Shown in pieces: positions 50,399-64,000 of a stretch of 64,000 nucleotides of DNA. Position 1 is the first letter of the stretch; each line of letters begins with the position of its first letter. The translations under genes were made by a program, and so were the position numbers. This stretch comes from Octopus vulgaris (lineage: Eukaryota), in contig OX597820.1 of the NCBI GenBank assembly GCA_951406725.2, forward strand, positions 99,324,001 through 99,388,000, given 5' to 3'. The notes beneath the pieces were generated by a model, which saw only the letters and a program-made list of their open reading frames with translations, did not search any database and was not told where the DNA came from.

Positions 50399-50627
50399 AT
50401 TTTTTACTTGTTTCAGTCATGTGACTGTGGCCATGCTGGAGCACCGCCTTTAGTTGAGCAAATCGATCCCAGGACTTATTCTTTGTAAGCCAAGTACTTA
50501 TTCTATCGGTCTCTTTTGCCGAACCGCTAAGTTACGGGGATGTAAACACACCAGCATCGGTTGTCAAGCGATGCTTGGGGGACAAACGCAGACACACAAA
50601 CATATACACACATACATACATCATCAT

Positions 50628-50674
<47 letters not shown>

Positions 50675-50839
50675 TACGACGAGCTTCTTTCAGTTTCCGT
50701 CTACCAAATCCACTCACAAGGCATTGGTCGGCCCGAGGCTATAGTAGAAGACACTTGCCAAAGGTGCCACGCAGTGGGAATGAACTCGGAACCATGTGGT
50801 TGGTAAACAAGCTACTTACCACACAGCCACTCCTACGCC
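50399..50839 (-). mobile_element. SINE family A (partial copies also at 1-97, 47288-47440, 48131-48328)
   Basis: Reverse-complement match with an expanded internal (TA)n. Confidence 0.85.
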
Positions 50840-52015
50840 TATATGTATGTAGTAATCGTTACAATCTAGAGGCATTGCATAAAACTCAAGGAGAAAGCAT
50901 TAAGATGGGATATGAGAACAACCTTGAGAAAACATAGAGATTACTGTACAAAAACAGTAAAAAAAACAAAGCAAACACACCACTAACTAACCACTGCACC
51001 CATGTTTCAAAGAGTTGTTCTGTGTATGTGTTTGAAATTGTTTATAATAATGATATGGCTGGATTAAATGCTAATGGTTAAGGCCATTTTATTCATTTGT
51101 GACGTACAAAGAAGAAGACTTTACCATTGTTAATTTTGTCAGAGAGTTGGTAGTTCAGAGTTCATAACTGGTGCTACATTAAACTTACCAAACACATTTC
51201 ACTGTCAATAAACACTTGACAACTACCATTTGCTGGAGCTTTGTGTTAGTGGTTGCAGTGCTGAGCTTAAATTCAATAAACAGAGCTAAGAGATGCATAG
51301 GTTCTTATAACAAGCTAACTTACTCTAGTAAAAACGCATGAAAATAAACACATTCAAGGCACACCAATGTAACACTTTATTATTTTATTTCCCAACCCAA
51401 ACTGTAAAAACAAAAACAGATTAAATATAGAGAAGAATATAAAAATAAAATCCAACTAAAACAAATTAGGTCCTACCCAGCATCATCATTTAATGCCTAT
51501 TTTTCATGCTGGTATGATGTTCACCAGTTTGACAAAGACTGTGTTGAGTTCCAGAGTCAGCTTTGGCAAGGTTTCTCTATCTGGATAATCTCCCTAATGC
51601 CAACCACTTTCCTTGTGTACTAGGTACCTTTTATGTAGTATCAGTACTAATGAGTTTGACAAGTAACTTGCCAAACAACAACAACAACAAAAAATGCTCC
51701 CTTGATTGAATTTGGGTGTAATAGGGAGGGAGCTGGTTTATATCAGATGTTGAGAGGCTGAGGTATGACAGAAGGACAGAAACAGGTATCTTGCTATAGA
51801 AGGGAGACATGGAATAGTCTCACATTACATAAGGGTGGGTAGCAGTAACTAAAAAGAGAAATGTAGATGGTGATGACAAGGTGTCAAGGCATACCTTCAA
51901 TGTACAAGAAGGTGAACAGAAGGGACAGTAGGGGAAAAACAACAACAAAATGACATGAATATTAAATTGGAATTAAAACAGTTGTTTTAATATTTTGAAA
52001 AAAAAAACAACTTAC

Positions 52016-52163
52016 CATTGCATAAAGATTGTGGAACCCATGTACTTGACTAGGTACCTTTGAGAACTTTTGGTTAAAAGCATCGGATATATTGTGTGCT
52101 GGATCAGTGGAAATGATCAGAACAGTATCGCGTACTTTAGCCAGTTCAACAGCTAAACAACAG
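52016..52163 (-). CDS. GET3: GET3/ASNA1 ATPase exon (probable coding exon 2)
   Basis: tttcAG|C TGT...ATG|GTaag. Translates to (S)[49 protein letters not shown], with the Switch I STDPAHN motif. Confidence 0.96.
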
Positions 52164-52689
52164 CTGAAATGAACAGAGAAGGAGAAAGAATTTGCAGTTT
52201 TAGTAAAGATCTTGCAAAGTCCATTTAAATGTGTGTGAATTCTTATCAGATGAAGTGTTTTTAGTTGAATAAATGAGTTAATGAGTCTCAGGATGTAAAA
52301 ACCTCTTCCAAACATATTTATATATGTAGGTAGCATGAGATTATATATACATATCATCATCATCATCATCTTTGTTTAGCGTCCGCTTTCCATGCTAGCA
52401 TGGGTTGGACGGTTCAACTGGGGTCTGGGAAGCCAGAAGGCTGCACCAGGCCCAGTCTGATCTGGTAATGTTTCTACGGCTGGATGCCCTTCCTAACGCC
52501 AATCACAATCGGATGGTGCTTTTTACGTGCCACCGGCACGAGGCCAGTCGGGGCGGCACTGGCAACGGCCACGTTCGGATGGTTCTCTTACGTGTCACCA
52601 GCACTAGTATCACAGCTGCAACTTCCATTGATGTTGATCGATTTCGATTTTCAAAATCGATCAACATATATATATATGTATAGATATTT

Positions 52690-53297
52690 GGTCCCCATGT
52701 AATAAAGGTCGCACATTAGTATTGAAGGGGAATTTCAGTACTTTATTCCATAGGTGTGAAGACTTAATGCATGCTTTTATTTCATCAGATCTTGTTTGTC
52801 TTGGAATGACTGTCTGAAGTCTCGTGATAAAACTAACGTAACTCCTCCAATTAGATTATTGTTGCCTCTGATGTCCTGTAAGGTTTTACCAAGAGCTTCC
52901 ATTGCACCTCTATGTGACATGGTGCATTCATCCCAAACGATAAGGTGGCATTGGCACAACACTTCTGGTGAACCTGACTCTTTGCTTATGCTACAAATTG
53001 GACTGTCATTTGTGACCAGGTTTAGTGGTAATTTAAAAGCAGAATGAGCTGTTCGTCCTCCTGGGAGAATGGTGGCAGCAAAGCCAGACACTGGTAAAGC
53101 AACTGCAATTCTTTTTTGTTGCCTTACCTTGGAGAGAAGCAATGTTACAAATGTTTTACCTGTGGCACCAGGAGCATCAAGAGAGTAAATTCCTCTGCTT
53201 TTTTTCTGGCGATTATGGAACGCCGCACGCACGCGTACATACACACACAGATATACATATACATACAGTATCAATCATCAGATGAAATGGACGTGTA

Positions 53298-53339
<42 letters not shown>

Positions 53340-53804
53340 AAGGGGTGTGTTGTTATGTATATGTCCATACACCTTTTTTGTATGTATGTGTGCGTGTGTG
53401 AGAGATGCTCCATAATGAGAGACCTCCGTAATGCTATGATGGACCGTGAAGTCCGGTGTACCATGGTAAATTCCATTGTGTCGACCACGGTCGAACAATG
53501 ATGATGATGAGAGATACATAGAGTGCCACTTAGACATCACTCTCTCTCTCTCTCACACACACACACACATAGAAAAAAGATATATGCATATGTATTTATG
53601 CATGTACGTATACATGACAACACACCCCTTCACTCACACACACATACATGCATAAATGTATACAAACGTACATACAAAAACACATGTGTGCGCGTGTGAC
53701 TGATATAAATACACAGAGCTGAACACGGCGTGCAAAAAGAGAATAAATAAAATTTTTTTTACAGAAATTAATGAAGTGTGTGAGTTCAGAACGAAATCAA
53801 ACCT

Positions 53805-53848
<44 letters not shown>

Positions 53849-54430
53849 TGTGTGTGTGTGATAGAACATTGCAAACAATGGCTGAAACAATGGAATGAAA
53901 AAAATCGTATAAATAAAAGCACATTAAAAACTATATTGTACTGAATATCTAAAGTTGTGAACTTCGTAAATATTTCGGTTGACGTTATTACCTGGAAACA
54001 AAATCGAAAAAAAAAAAACAAACAAAAAAAAAACGCAACGGATGTTAAAAGGTGTGGAGAGATGCCTTTGGAGAATTCACAAGATCCAATGTTTTTCCCC
54101 CATAACTTTTAGGAAAATGGAGGATATCTTTCTACTTCACACCCACGTAGGAAACGAATCTGAAAACAGTTTACAAATAGCGAAAATTAAAATAGAGAGT
54201 GAGAGACCACGCCGTTTTAACGTCAATGCTGAATGTTGTCATTGAGAAACCTTTTTAAAGAAGTGAATCATAATTATAAAGCAATATTTTTAATAAAAAA
54301 AAAAATCAAATGCAGACACTATAATATGTCCGAGGCCATATTATTCATGCTTCACAAATATGGCAGTAATTGGTGAAGCTGTTTTTACGTGAAAAGCGAA
54401 TACACACGCATCTCTATTTTATATATTAGA
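52690..54430 (-). mobile_element. Helitron with PIF1-helicase N-terminal motifs
   Basis: LDAPGATGKTF, GGRTAHSAFKLP, LIVWDECTM, DFRQ in ORF 52777-53274; TC 5' end at 54430. Confidence 0.85.
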
Positions 54431-54439
54431 AGATAGATA

Positions 54440-56420
54440 GAAGAAGATATAAGTTTCAGAATTCAAAGAAACTGGTAGGTTGAGGAAATAAAAACAATGC
54501 TCCTCATATGGTATCTGGCAGAAGCAGTGCCACCAAACACTCTTACTGCAGGGGTCCTGAAGAGCTTTGGTTTTCATTGAACCATAGCTCAACTGAGAGG
54601 GAAAAGAATGAGTTCATTCATTCATATACCTTAATATAACCATACTCGGACTTTTTAGAGAAAACAGTTGAAGTGGAAGTGAAGGTACAAAATGGTGAAA
54701 AAAGAAAAGGAAGTTAGCTACCTTATAGAATCCAAGAAGGGTCAGGATAAGGCTGAAAGAAAGGAACAAAACAAAGGTGACACCAATACCCTGGACAACT
54801 GTGAGTCCAAGAAAAATGCCAAAGTTGAAGGAGGAAAACAGCAGCAAAGTAAAGCAGGAGAAACAAACGAAAACAAAGGCACCAGTGGGCCAGCAGGCTG
54901 AGAATAGATGTGGGCCCATGGTGGATTCACAAGGAAAACGAAAAAGAACCTGCAAAGGTTATGGCTCCGGTAAAAAGGAAACCAAACCAGTCTGCAAGTT
55001 CTATTTAAAGGCTACCTGCTGGCATGGTGACATTGGGACAGGCTGCAGATTTGCTCATCCCAAATCCCATATGAACAGTGCTCGTTTAACTCACATGAAG
55101 ACTAGGAAAAGCAGCTTCCAACAACACAGCACTAGATCACAAGATACAATCCCACCACCATGGAAGTGTGTGGACGGTGCACACACTGCACCTAAGAGGA
55201 AACAAACTGTTGTTGGTGTGCCGATAGCGGCTGCTGAACAACAAGCTTTTTTGGAGGTCACACAGAAGATTGTAAGGCAGCTGACCTGGCTTCAACAGAC
55301 ATCCAGTATCAGGAACATGTACCAGTACCCATAACCACCTCAAACAGCAAAGGATCCGGAGTGGCCACCCCTGACACCTCTGCACATATCAGACCAGCGG
55401 CTACTACTGACAGTATTCTTGCGGAACATCAGGGGCCTTGTAACGTCCCAACAATGCAAAACACAGTACCTGAGCGACTTAGTGACATGTAATCAAGCAA
55501 TATGTGTGTCACTAACAGAAATACATCTGAATGTGGACATATTAGATACTGAGATACACACACCAGGGTATGTTGTGTTTCGAACTGACAGGAAAGAAAG
55601 GACTCATGGTGGAGTGGCAATGTACATCTGGCAAGAAGTCACACCTGTGGTCCTGCTGGCACACTCAAACTCAGTCTGTGACACTCTGGTAGTACACATT
55701 AAACAGATGGAACTAATAATATGTACCAAGTATCGCCCACCAAATGCTCCAAACCATGGGGATTCATTTGAAGAGAGCCTCCAAGAAATGAAAGAAGTAT
55801 TAGCCAACCTGGATGACAGCCTGCACATACTTCTTTTAGGAGATTTCAACCTCTTTTACGTCAAATGGCCTGTGGGCCACATTCTCTCAAGTATGTCACT
55901 GCATGGCCTGATTGATGCATGCAGAATCTCTGCTTGACGTCACTAACATGCTCTTTATGAACAAATAGTGCTCCACCCAACAAGGGGAAAAATGTCTTGG
56001 ACCTCTATTTCACAAGCAACATGGCGCTCATCCATAATGTTGGGGTGACACTGATGATTTTCTTGGACCATAACTTAATAGAACTAATAATGTATGGTCT
56101 ACAGAAAACTAAAGACATGCAGGCTACAAGAAGCACCCAACTTCTCTCCAACCTGAACTTTCACAAAACTGATTGGAAGGGTAACGAGAAAGCGGTCATG
56201 GAACATAACTAGTCTGCCAGTCTCTCTACAGAAGATATTAACAAAAAGCTACAACACTTTATGACAATCATGCATGACATCTGCAGTAAGTTTGCTCCAG
56301 AGAGAATGCCAAGCCAGCAGAAAAATATAATACTCAGGGATAGGAAGATTCTAATGAGACGACGAGCAAAAATATCAAATTGTCTAAATGGGCCACTAAA
56401 GGATAATAAACAATCCTACC
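54440..56420 (+). mobile_element. CR1-group LINE 5' part: ORF1 remnant with CCCH finger plus APE endonuclease
   Basis: CKFYLKATCWHGDIGTGCRFAH in ORF1; NIRGL, LTE, GGVAMY, YRPP, LLGDFN and DHNLI in the endonuclease. Confidence 0.8.
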
Positions 56421-56477
56421 TTGTGTAAATGTATATGTATGTGTGTATATATATATATATATATACACACACACATT

Positions 56478-59400
56478 CCCCTGTTAATTCCAAAACTGGG
56501 AGCTGAAGCCTCCAAGATCTTCCAAATATATATCACAAATAGAGATTCAGCTCCTTTAGCCTCTCCTGGTAGCCCGTCTTTTGCATCAAATCAATCTTCA
56601 TTGTGTATTGGCACTGGATTGCTTTGAGTTCCACAGTTTCTTTCACACTCTCTGGGGAACATAGATGGGAGCAGTAGTCCAAGTGGCTGGGAACGAAAGT
56701 CTTCCATATGGGTAACAGTGCTTCCCTTTTCCTGGTTCTGAATACCCTCAGAATCCAGCCAGCCACTCACCTGCACAGTGTTGCCATCTTGGTAATATGC
56801 ACATGGAATGTTGCATCATTGCTCTGTGAATTCCCAGGTCATGCACTGACACTAACTCTGGGATCATATTACCTTCTGGTCCAGTGTATTCTGATTTTAG
56901 CCTGGTGTTGGACTGACAGTGGAGTACCTGAAATTTCATAGCACTGAACTGCTTGTTATTTTTGTTAGCCCATTCGTAGATTTCGTTCAGGTCTTTCTGC
57001 AGTTCTATGATGTCGTCTGGGTTCCTAACTGCCTGCAATACTTTTGTGTCATCAGAATAACTGGTCAGATTGGCTGACCGTACCACGGAGGACATGTCTG
57101 AGAGGGCCACCACAAATAGTAGTGGCCCTAGTACAGTTCCCTGTGGGACTCTGCTGAGAATTGGTGTCTTTTCAGAGTGGGCACCATTGGCTACAACTGT
57201 CTGGCTCCTGCCCTTCAGAAATCATTTGGCCACTCTCCCAGTTTCCTGGTAGTACCAAGGTTTCGCAGCTTGTGACATATCCTGCCATGATCAACCTTGT
57301 CGAAAGCCTTAGCAAAGTCGAGGTTTATCACGTCTACAGCTGACTGGTTTAGGTGTTGCTTCAGTACCCAGTCAAAGTGCTGCAGCAAATGTGAGAGGCA
57401 GCTCCTCCCTGGACGGAAGCCATGTTGCATGTTTGTGAGAAGGTTGTTTTCTTTTAGGAATGTGATCAGCCTTTTTCTGACAATGTATTCCATTGTATTG
57501 CCAACATGTAAGATCAGAGAGATGGGCCTGTAGTTTTTAAGCTTCTGCTCTGCTCCCTCTTTTATGGACAGGGCATATTTTACCTTCTTTTAGCATGTTG
57601 GGAAGTTTACCACATGCAAGGAAACTCTGAAAGAGTATCTGCAATGGCTTAGAAAGAGCCTTTTTACATGTCTTTAAGAGAACAGCTGGGAGTCCATCAG
57701 GGCCTGTTGCTGAGTTTGATTTCATCTCGTCAATGGCTGATATTACATCCTCTTCTGTTATGTTGATATAATTGATGGTTGCCTCTTTTCTGAATAGATT
57801 CATTACATTGAAAAACTCCTTCGGCTTGTTTATTTGCATATTTTCCAGTGGAGAAGTGAAAACACTTTGGAATTGTTTATTTAGTGCTTCACTTATCTTC
57901 CCCGGGTCGGCAGTTAGAGAGCTGTTTTTACCAAATAGTGGCCCTATCTTATAGCATACTGAGATAGACTCCTTTGCCATCATGCAGAAGGCTTTAGGAT
58001 TACTTTTCATATTTTCGACTGTCCAGGTTTCTCTTTCTTCTCTTTCTTTTTCATGGGAGATTTTTTGAGTTTATTTCTATCTCAAAGAGTTCCTCTGTCA
58101 GGTGGAATTTCACAGTCATTAAGGTGTTTGTTTAAATGATTTGAGATCTCTATTCTCCGCTGCATGAGTATTCTCCTGTCTCGGGGAATGATGTTTTTGT
58201 GTGTATTGGCTCCTCTTCTCTGGGACATATTTAATGCATATGGCTCGCATTATCGACATGAATTTATTAAGTTTCAAATCTATGTCTTGCATAGAGAGGC
58301 TTTTAGATCAGTCCTGCTGGAGAACCTATTTTTCAAGTGACTCCCAATCAGCCTTTAGGCTGGATAGTGTTTGAGTGCCATCTGTGCTGAGTTTATCTTT
58401 AGTTTGTTGTGGTCTGAGAATATTGTCGGTGCTTGATTTCGCTCTTTGTGCATCATTCCTGGAGTTATATTGCCATCAGCCCACCTGATGTCGGGAAAGT
58501 TGAAGTCATCCATCAGGAATATAGTAGTACGTTGATCCAATTATGTTAGTACTTCCTTTATCGTACTGAAGCTTTCCTCAAATTTTCCATCATGATTTGA
58601 GGCATCAGGTGGGCGATATAGTGTGCATATCACTATATCAAGTTGCTTTAGATGTACTATGAGTGTGTCACAGTTCGAGTGCGATAACAGGGTTAATGGT
58701 GTGACATCTTCGCAGATGTACACTGCAATCCACCGTGACTTCTTTTCCTTCTGTCTGTACAGAAGATAGCATACATTGGTATGTGTATAAGGCGGTGAGC
58801 TGGCAGAAACGTTAGCATGCCGGGCAAAATGCTTAGCAGTATTTCGTCCGCGTTACATTGTGAGTTCAAATTCCACCGAGGTTGACTTTGCCTTTCATCC
58901 TTTCGGGGTCGATAAATTAAGTACCAGTTACACACTGGGGTCGATGTAATCGACTTAATACCTATGTCTGTCCTTGTTTGTCCTCTCTGTGTTTAGCCCC
59001 TTGTGGGTAATAAAGAAATAGGTATGTGTATCTCTGCAACACTTATGTCAGCAGACAGGTGTGTTTCTGTAAGTGCAATGCACACAGTTTGATTGCATGT
59101 AGAAAGATTCTTCAAGCGCTCAATTTTGCATTTGCTGTTGTTCTGCAGCAGGCCTCTTATATACATCAGTACAAATGGCATTGGTATTGGTGTGTTGGGT
59201 GGTTTGGTGGCCAACCAGAGTCCATCAATTGTGGCAGTCTTGTGTGCAAGGGTACATAGCTCAGCTTTGTCTGTAGCCATGACAACCATTGCACTATTTC
59301 CTGTGCCACACTTAAAAGATGTTCTTGCTCAACCGCTGCAGCTTGTACTGCATCTGCATATGACTTCTGTCCGGCCTTTTTTTCTGCAGGTTTGTGCTGG
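56478..59400 (-). mobile_element. CR1-group LINE (same family), APE plus RT, degenerate
   Basis: ALTETHL, YRPPD, DFNFPDI, ATGPDG, QHGFRPGRSC, LDFAKAFDKVDH, QGTVLGPLLF, YSDDTK and HLDYCS on the minus strand. Confidence 0.9.
58789..59020 (+). mobile_element. SINE family B inserted in a LINE endonuclease region
   Basis: TSD ggtatgtgtat at 58778-58788 and 59021-59031. Confidence 0.9.
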
Positions 59401-59441
<41 letters not shown>

Positions 59442-60205
59442 GTAGACTAGCTGGTGTACCCGGTAATTCCCAGGCATAAAGATGTTGTATTGAAACGCCT
59501 TATTACTCTGATATAAGAAAGCAATTTCTTTATAACTGCCACAAAAGGTGTATTTTCTGTCACAAAAAAGTACAAAAAAACTGTCAGCTGGAGGAGGGAG
59601 AGATTGTATGTAGATAAATATAGGAATGAAGTGTTTGAAGGAAGTGCAATAATAACGTTCACACTCATTGATGGTCACCCTCAGTAACTGCCTTTAGCTT
59701 ATGAGGTTCTTGTTTTTATAACTATCGAAAAGCAGCCAGAAGGATAGACATATTGTTGAGAACAAATGATTTCGTTGGAGGTCTGTTATCTCCATTCCAG
59801 CCCCTAGTGGCCTAGAAGAGGTTAGAAGGGTCAAGAGGCAAAGACATTATTCTGCTTAGCAAAGGCATCCGGGAAATGTATAACTGCTGTCATTCACAGA
59901 AAAACTATGGTTTTACTGTGAGAAAAGCGCTGTTGAAGTGTTAAGTGAAATTTGGCAATTGAGGATCAAATCCACGCTATGCCTGCATGAAGCCACTACA
60001 AATATGTTGTGGAATAAAAAAATTATCTACTGTCATGGAAAAAAGTTTAACTGTAAAAATGCAGAATCATCAGAGTAATAGGCATTCAAAAAAGTATGTA
60101 TGTATAGAAATGTATGAATGAAGTTTTTAATGTTTAAGATTCAAATTAAAGAAGTGCAATAATAATGTTTAGCAATTCAAAACTGTGAGTAGTGAAATGC
60201 AGAAA

Positions 60206-61408
60206 TGCATGGGTTAGATGGTTTGACTGAGGACTAACAAGCTGGAAGGCTGCACCAGGCACCAATCTGATCTGTCAAAAGTTTCTACAGCTGGCCCTTC
60301 CTATGCCAATCACTCCAAGAGTGTAGTGGGTGCTTTTACATGCCACTGGCATGGGAGCCAGTCAGGCAGTACTGGCAATGACCACGCTCAAAAGGTGTTG
60401 TTATGTGCCACCTGCAAAGGAGCCAATCCAGCGACACTGGCAATGACCACGCTCAAATGTTGTTTTTCATGTACCACCAGCACATGTGCCAGTAAGGCAA
60501 TGCTGGCAACGATCATGCTCGAATGGTGCCTTTTACGTGCCAACGGCACGAGAGCCAGTCGGCAGCTCTGGCAACGATCACGTTCAGATGGTGCTTTTAA
60601 TGTTCCACAGGCACAAGTGCCAATCAGGCAGTACTGTCATCAGCTACGTCAGCGATTTTGATTTCACTTGCCTCAACACATCTTCGCAAGAAAAGTTTAT
60701 TGTCCAATGAATGAAAGATACTCATAAGTGGGCTGGTTATACACCATTGGCACAGGCCACGGGTTATGGTCTCACTTGGCTTGCCGAGTCTTCTCAAGCA
60801 CAGCATATCTCCAAAGATCTCAGTCACTAGTCATTGCCTCGGTGAGGCCATATGTTTGAAGGTCATGCTTCACCTCCTCATCCCAGGTCTTCCTGGGTCT
60901 ACATCTTCCACAGGTTCCTTCAACTGCTAGGGTGTGACACTTTTTCACACAAATGTTCTCATCCATTCGCAACACATGACCATACTAGTGCAGTTGTCTC
61001 TCTTGCACACCACATCTGATGCTTCTTAAATCCAACTTTTCTCTCAGGGTACTTACACTCTGTTGTGTATGCACACTGACATTACATATCTAGTGGAGCA
61101 TACCAGCTTCATTCCCTGCAAGCTTACGCATGTACGCAGCAGTCATGGCTCATGTTCCACTGCCATGTAGCATGGCTGTTCGCACACATGCATCATACAG
61201 TCTACCTTTTACTCTTAGTGAGAGGCCCTTTGTCACCAGCAGAGGTAGGAGCTCTCTGAACTTTGCCCAGGCTATTCTTATTCTAGCAGCTACACTTTCA
61301 GAGCATCCATCCCTGCTACTGATTTGGTCACTTAGGTAACAGAAGCTATTAACTATTTGTAGTTTTTCTCCCTGGAATGTGACAGCTTTTCTCTGCACAT
61401 TTTTAGTG

Positions 61409-61410
<2 letters not shown>
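60206..61410 (-). mobile_element. RTE LINE 3' fragment with tandem-repeat 3' UTR
   Basis: [31 protein letters not shown]...[13 protein letters not shown], then RGRPRKTW-like end and the family-C tail. Confidence 0.88.
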
Positions 61411-62165
<755 letters not shown>

Positions 62166-64000
62166 ATACATATATATACATACACACACATACTTCTATG
62201 AAGAAACATCTATGGAAATGCCAGACCCAGGAATTCACAGTAAACACCAAGGCGACACTGCAGAACAGGGGCAACCTCAGAATCATACATATATCATCAT
62301 CATTTAACATCTATGTTCTATGTTGTCACGTGTTAACGGTTTGATTGAAAACTGATAAGCTGGGGAGCTGCACCAGGTTCCAATCATATTTGACACTGTT
62401 TTTAAGGCTGGATGCCCTTTCTAACACCAAACACTCCAAGAATGTAGTGTATATATATAAATATATATATGTAGTAGCTGGCTTCATGCTGTCAAAAACG
62501 ACAGCTAATATTATATATAAATACGGTACATAATAATCACAGATACAAACATTCACATACTTCCCTTATACACATATACTCACAGAGTTGAAACGCTGTT
62601 TGATTTTTCTTTTGAACATTGAATGTTCACCATTCCACTTCCAGTTTGATATCACCTCTTTCTTCCTTATTCATCTATCACCCCTTACTTTTTCAGTCAT
62701 ATGTTGTGATGGAGAAATACAGAAGAGTATTATTATAGTAGACATTTACACACACACACACAGATAATGTGTGCATTAGTGTGTGCACTTGTCTGAATAT
62801 CATATGATGGTTGTAAATGGTATCATCATATAAGCGAAGTTGTTTGTCTCTAGTCTTCTGTGAAAAAACATTTCTAAATATCTAGATATGGGAAAATATT
62901 ACCTTACTTGGAACAAGTGAGATAGCAGGAAGGGCACCCAACTGTAGAAAATCTACCTCAACAAATTCCGCCTGACCCATGCAAACTTGAAATAGTGGAC
63001 ATTAAATGATGATCCTGTGTGTGTATTTGTCCTGACATCATGTGATAGCTGTAAGCAACTGTCATTGTAATATAAATGATGTCCTTCGTTTTCAATCTTC
63101 TATGCAAACACGTCCAGCCATAAAGAGATATTTCCTTGCTAGTAAACAAAGTAAGGGTTGACGATAGGAAGGGCATCTGGTTGCAGAAAATCTGCCTACA
63201 CGAATTCCGTTTGATTCAGGCAAGCAGGAAAGTGGACTTGAATACGACGACGACTTATCACAAAATGTAAGCAAACTCATGTCACAATGAGCCAACGACA
63301 GAACCCCACCCTTACATAGCCACCTACACACGGCAGTTAAATATGCCACGAATAACATTCTATCGTCTTTAGATAGGAAGAACATATTGGTCAACACAAT
63401 CAAATATACAAAGATAGTAAAATGAAAAATATAACACCTTTGATCATCAGTCATTTTCGATCAGAGTTGACCAGCAACTATCATTATTCATGTATTTAAA
63501 TTAGAGCATTCCTATACAATAGAGTCGGAAATTATTATCAGCACCAAGAACCATTATTTCTTTGGCCGTGTAGGTTTCATGCGTTATATTCTGGGGGAAA
63601 AATAAAAAGTAGCACTCCATACCACCGCCTTCTTTTGTGATTTTTCAGTTTGACATTTTTCTTTCGAAATTATTTTCCGTATTTGTCTTATATATATCCA
63701 AGATTATGTTTCTTTAAAAATGAGAGTAGCATAAATGTGGAAATTTTTTGGAAAAAATTCAAAACTGAAAAACCAAAAAAAAGAAGAAAAAAGAGCGAGG
63801 TGGGGAGAGGAATCTCACCACTATTTTTTTTTCTTTCTGCAGGATCGTAATCTATGATGCTTGAAACATACGCAAAGAAATTATGATGTTAGTTGTTTTG
63901 TTTTCGCTTTGCTTGTTATTATTATTATTATTATTATTACTATTTATTATTTTTTTTTGAGTATTAGATAATTTTCGACTCTATTCTAAACGAATAATTT

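Overview
Eukaryotic, AT-rich, repeat-saturated genomic DNA. The SINE families and the (TA)n/(CA)n/(AAT)n load look like an octopus (cephalopod) genome; this is an inference. Two spliced host genes face each other. On + are the last three coding exons of an NQO1-like NAD(P)H:quinone oxidoreductase (3988-11779). On - are seven coding exons of the tail-anchored-protein targeting ATPase GET3/ASNA1 (52163 down to 32048); its P-loop exon was not found and probably lies beyond 64000. The rest is decayed and nested mobile DNA: tRNA-derived SINEs, RTE, CR1-like and Tx1-like LINE fragments, mariner, hAT, pogo-like and piggyBac-like elements, Helitrons, a gypsy remnant and foldback MITEs. Almost all ORF-track entries are microsatellite or antisense artefacts. 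The most notable observations are (1) a tRNA-headed SINE-like element carrying an intact-looking minimal type-I hammerhead ribozyme (27705-27968), (2) a ~230-bp SINE whose target-site duplications start with (G)GTAT and whose end is AG, so that a GT..AG splice would exactly restore the empty site, and (3) perfect fold-back or direct duplications anchored at (AT)n tracts.
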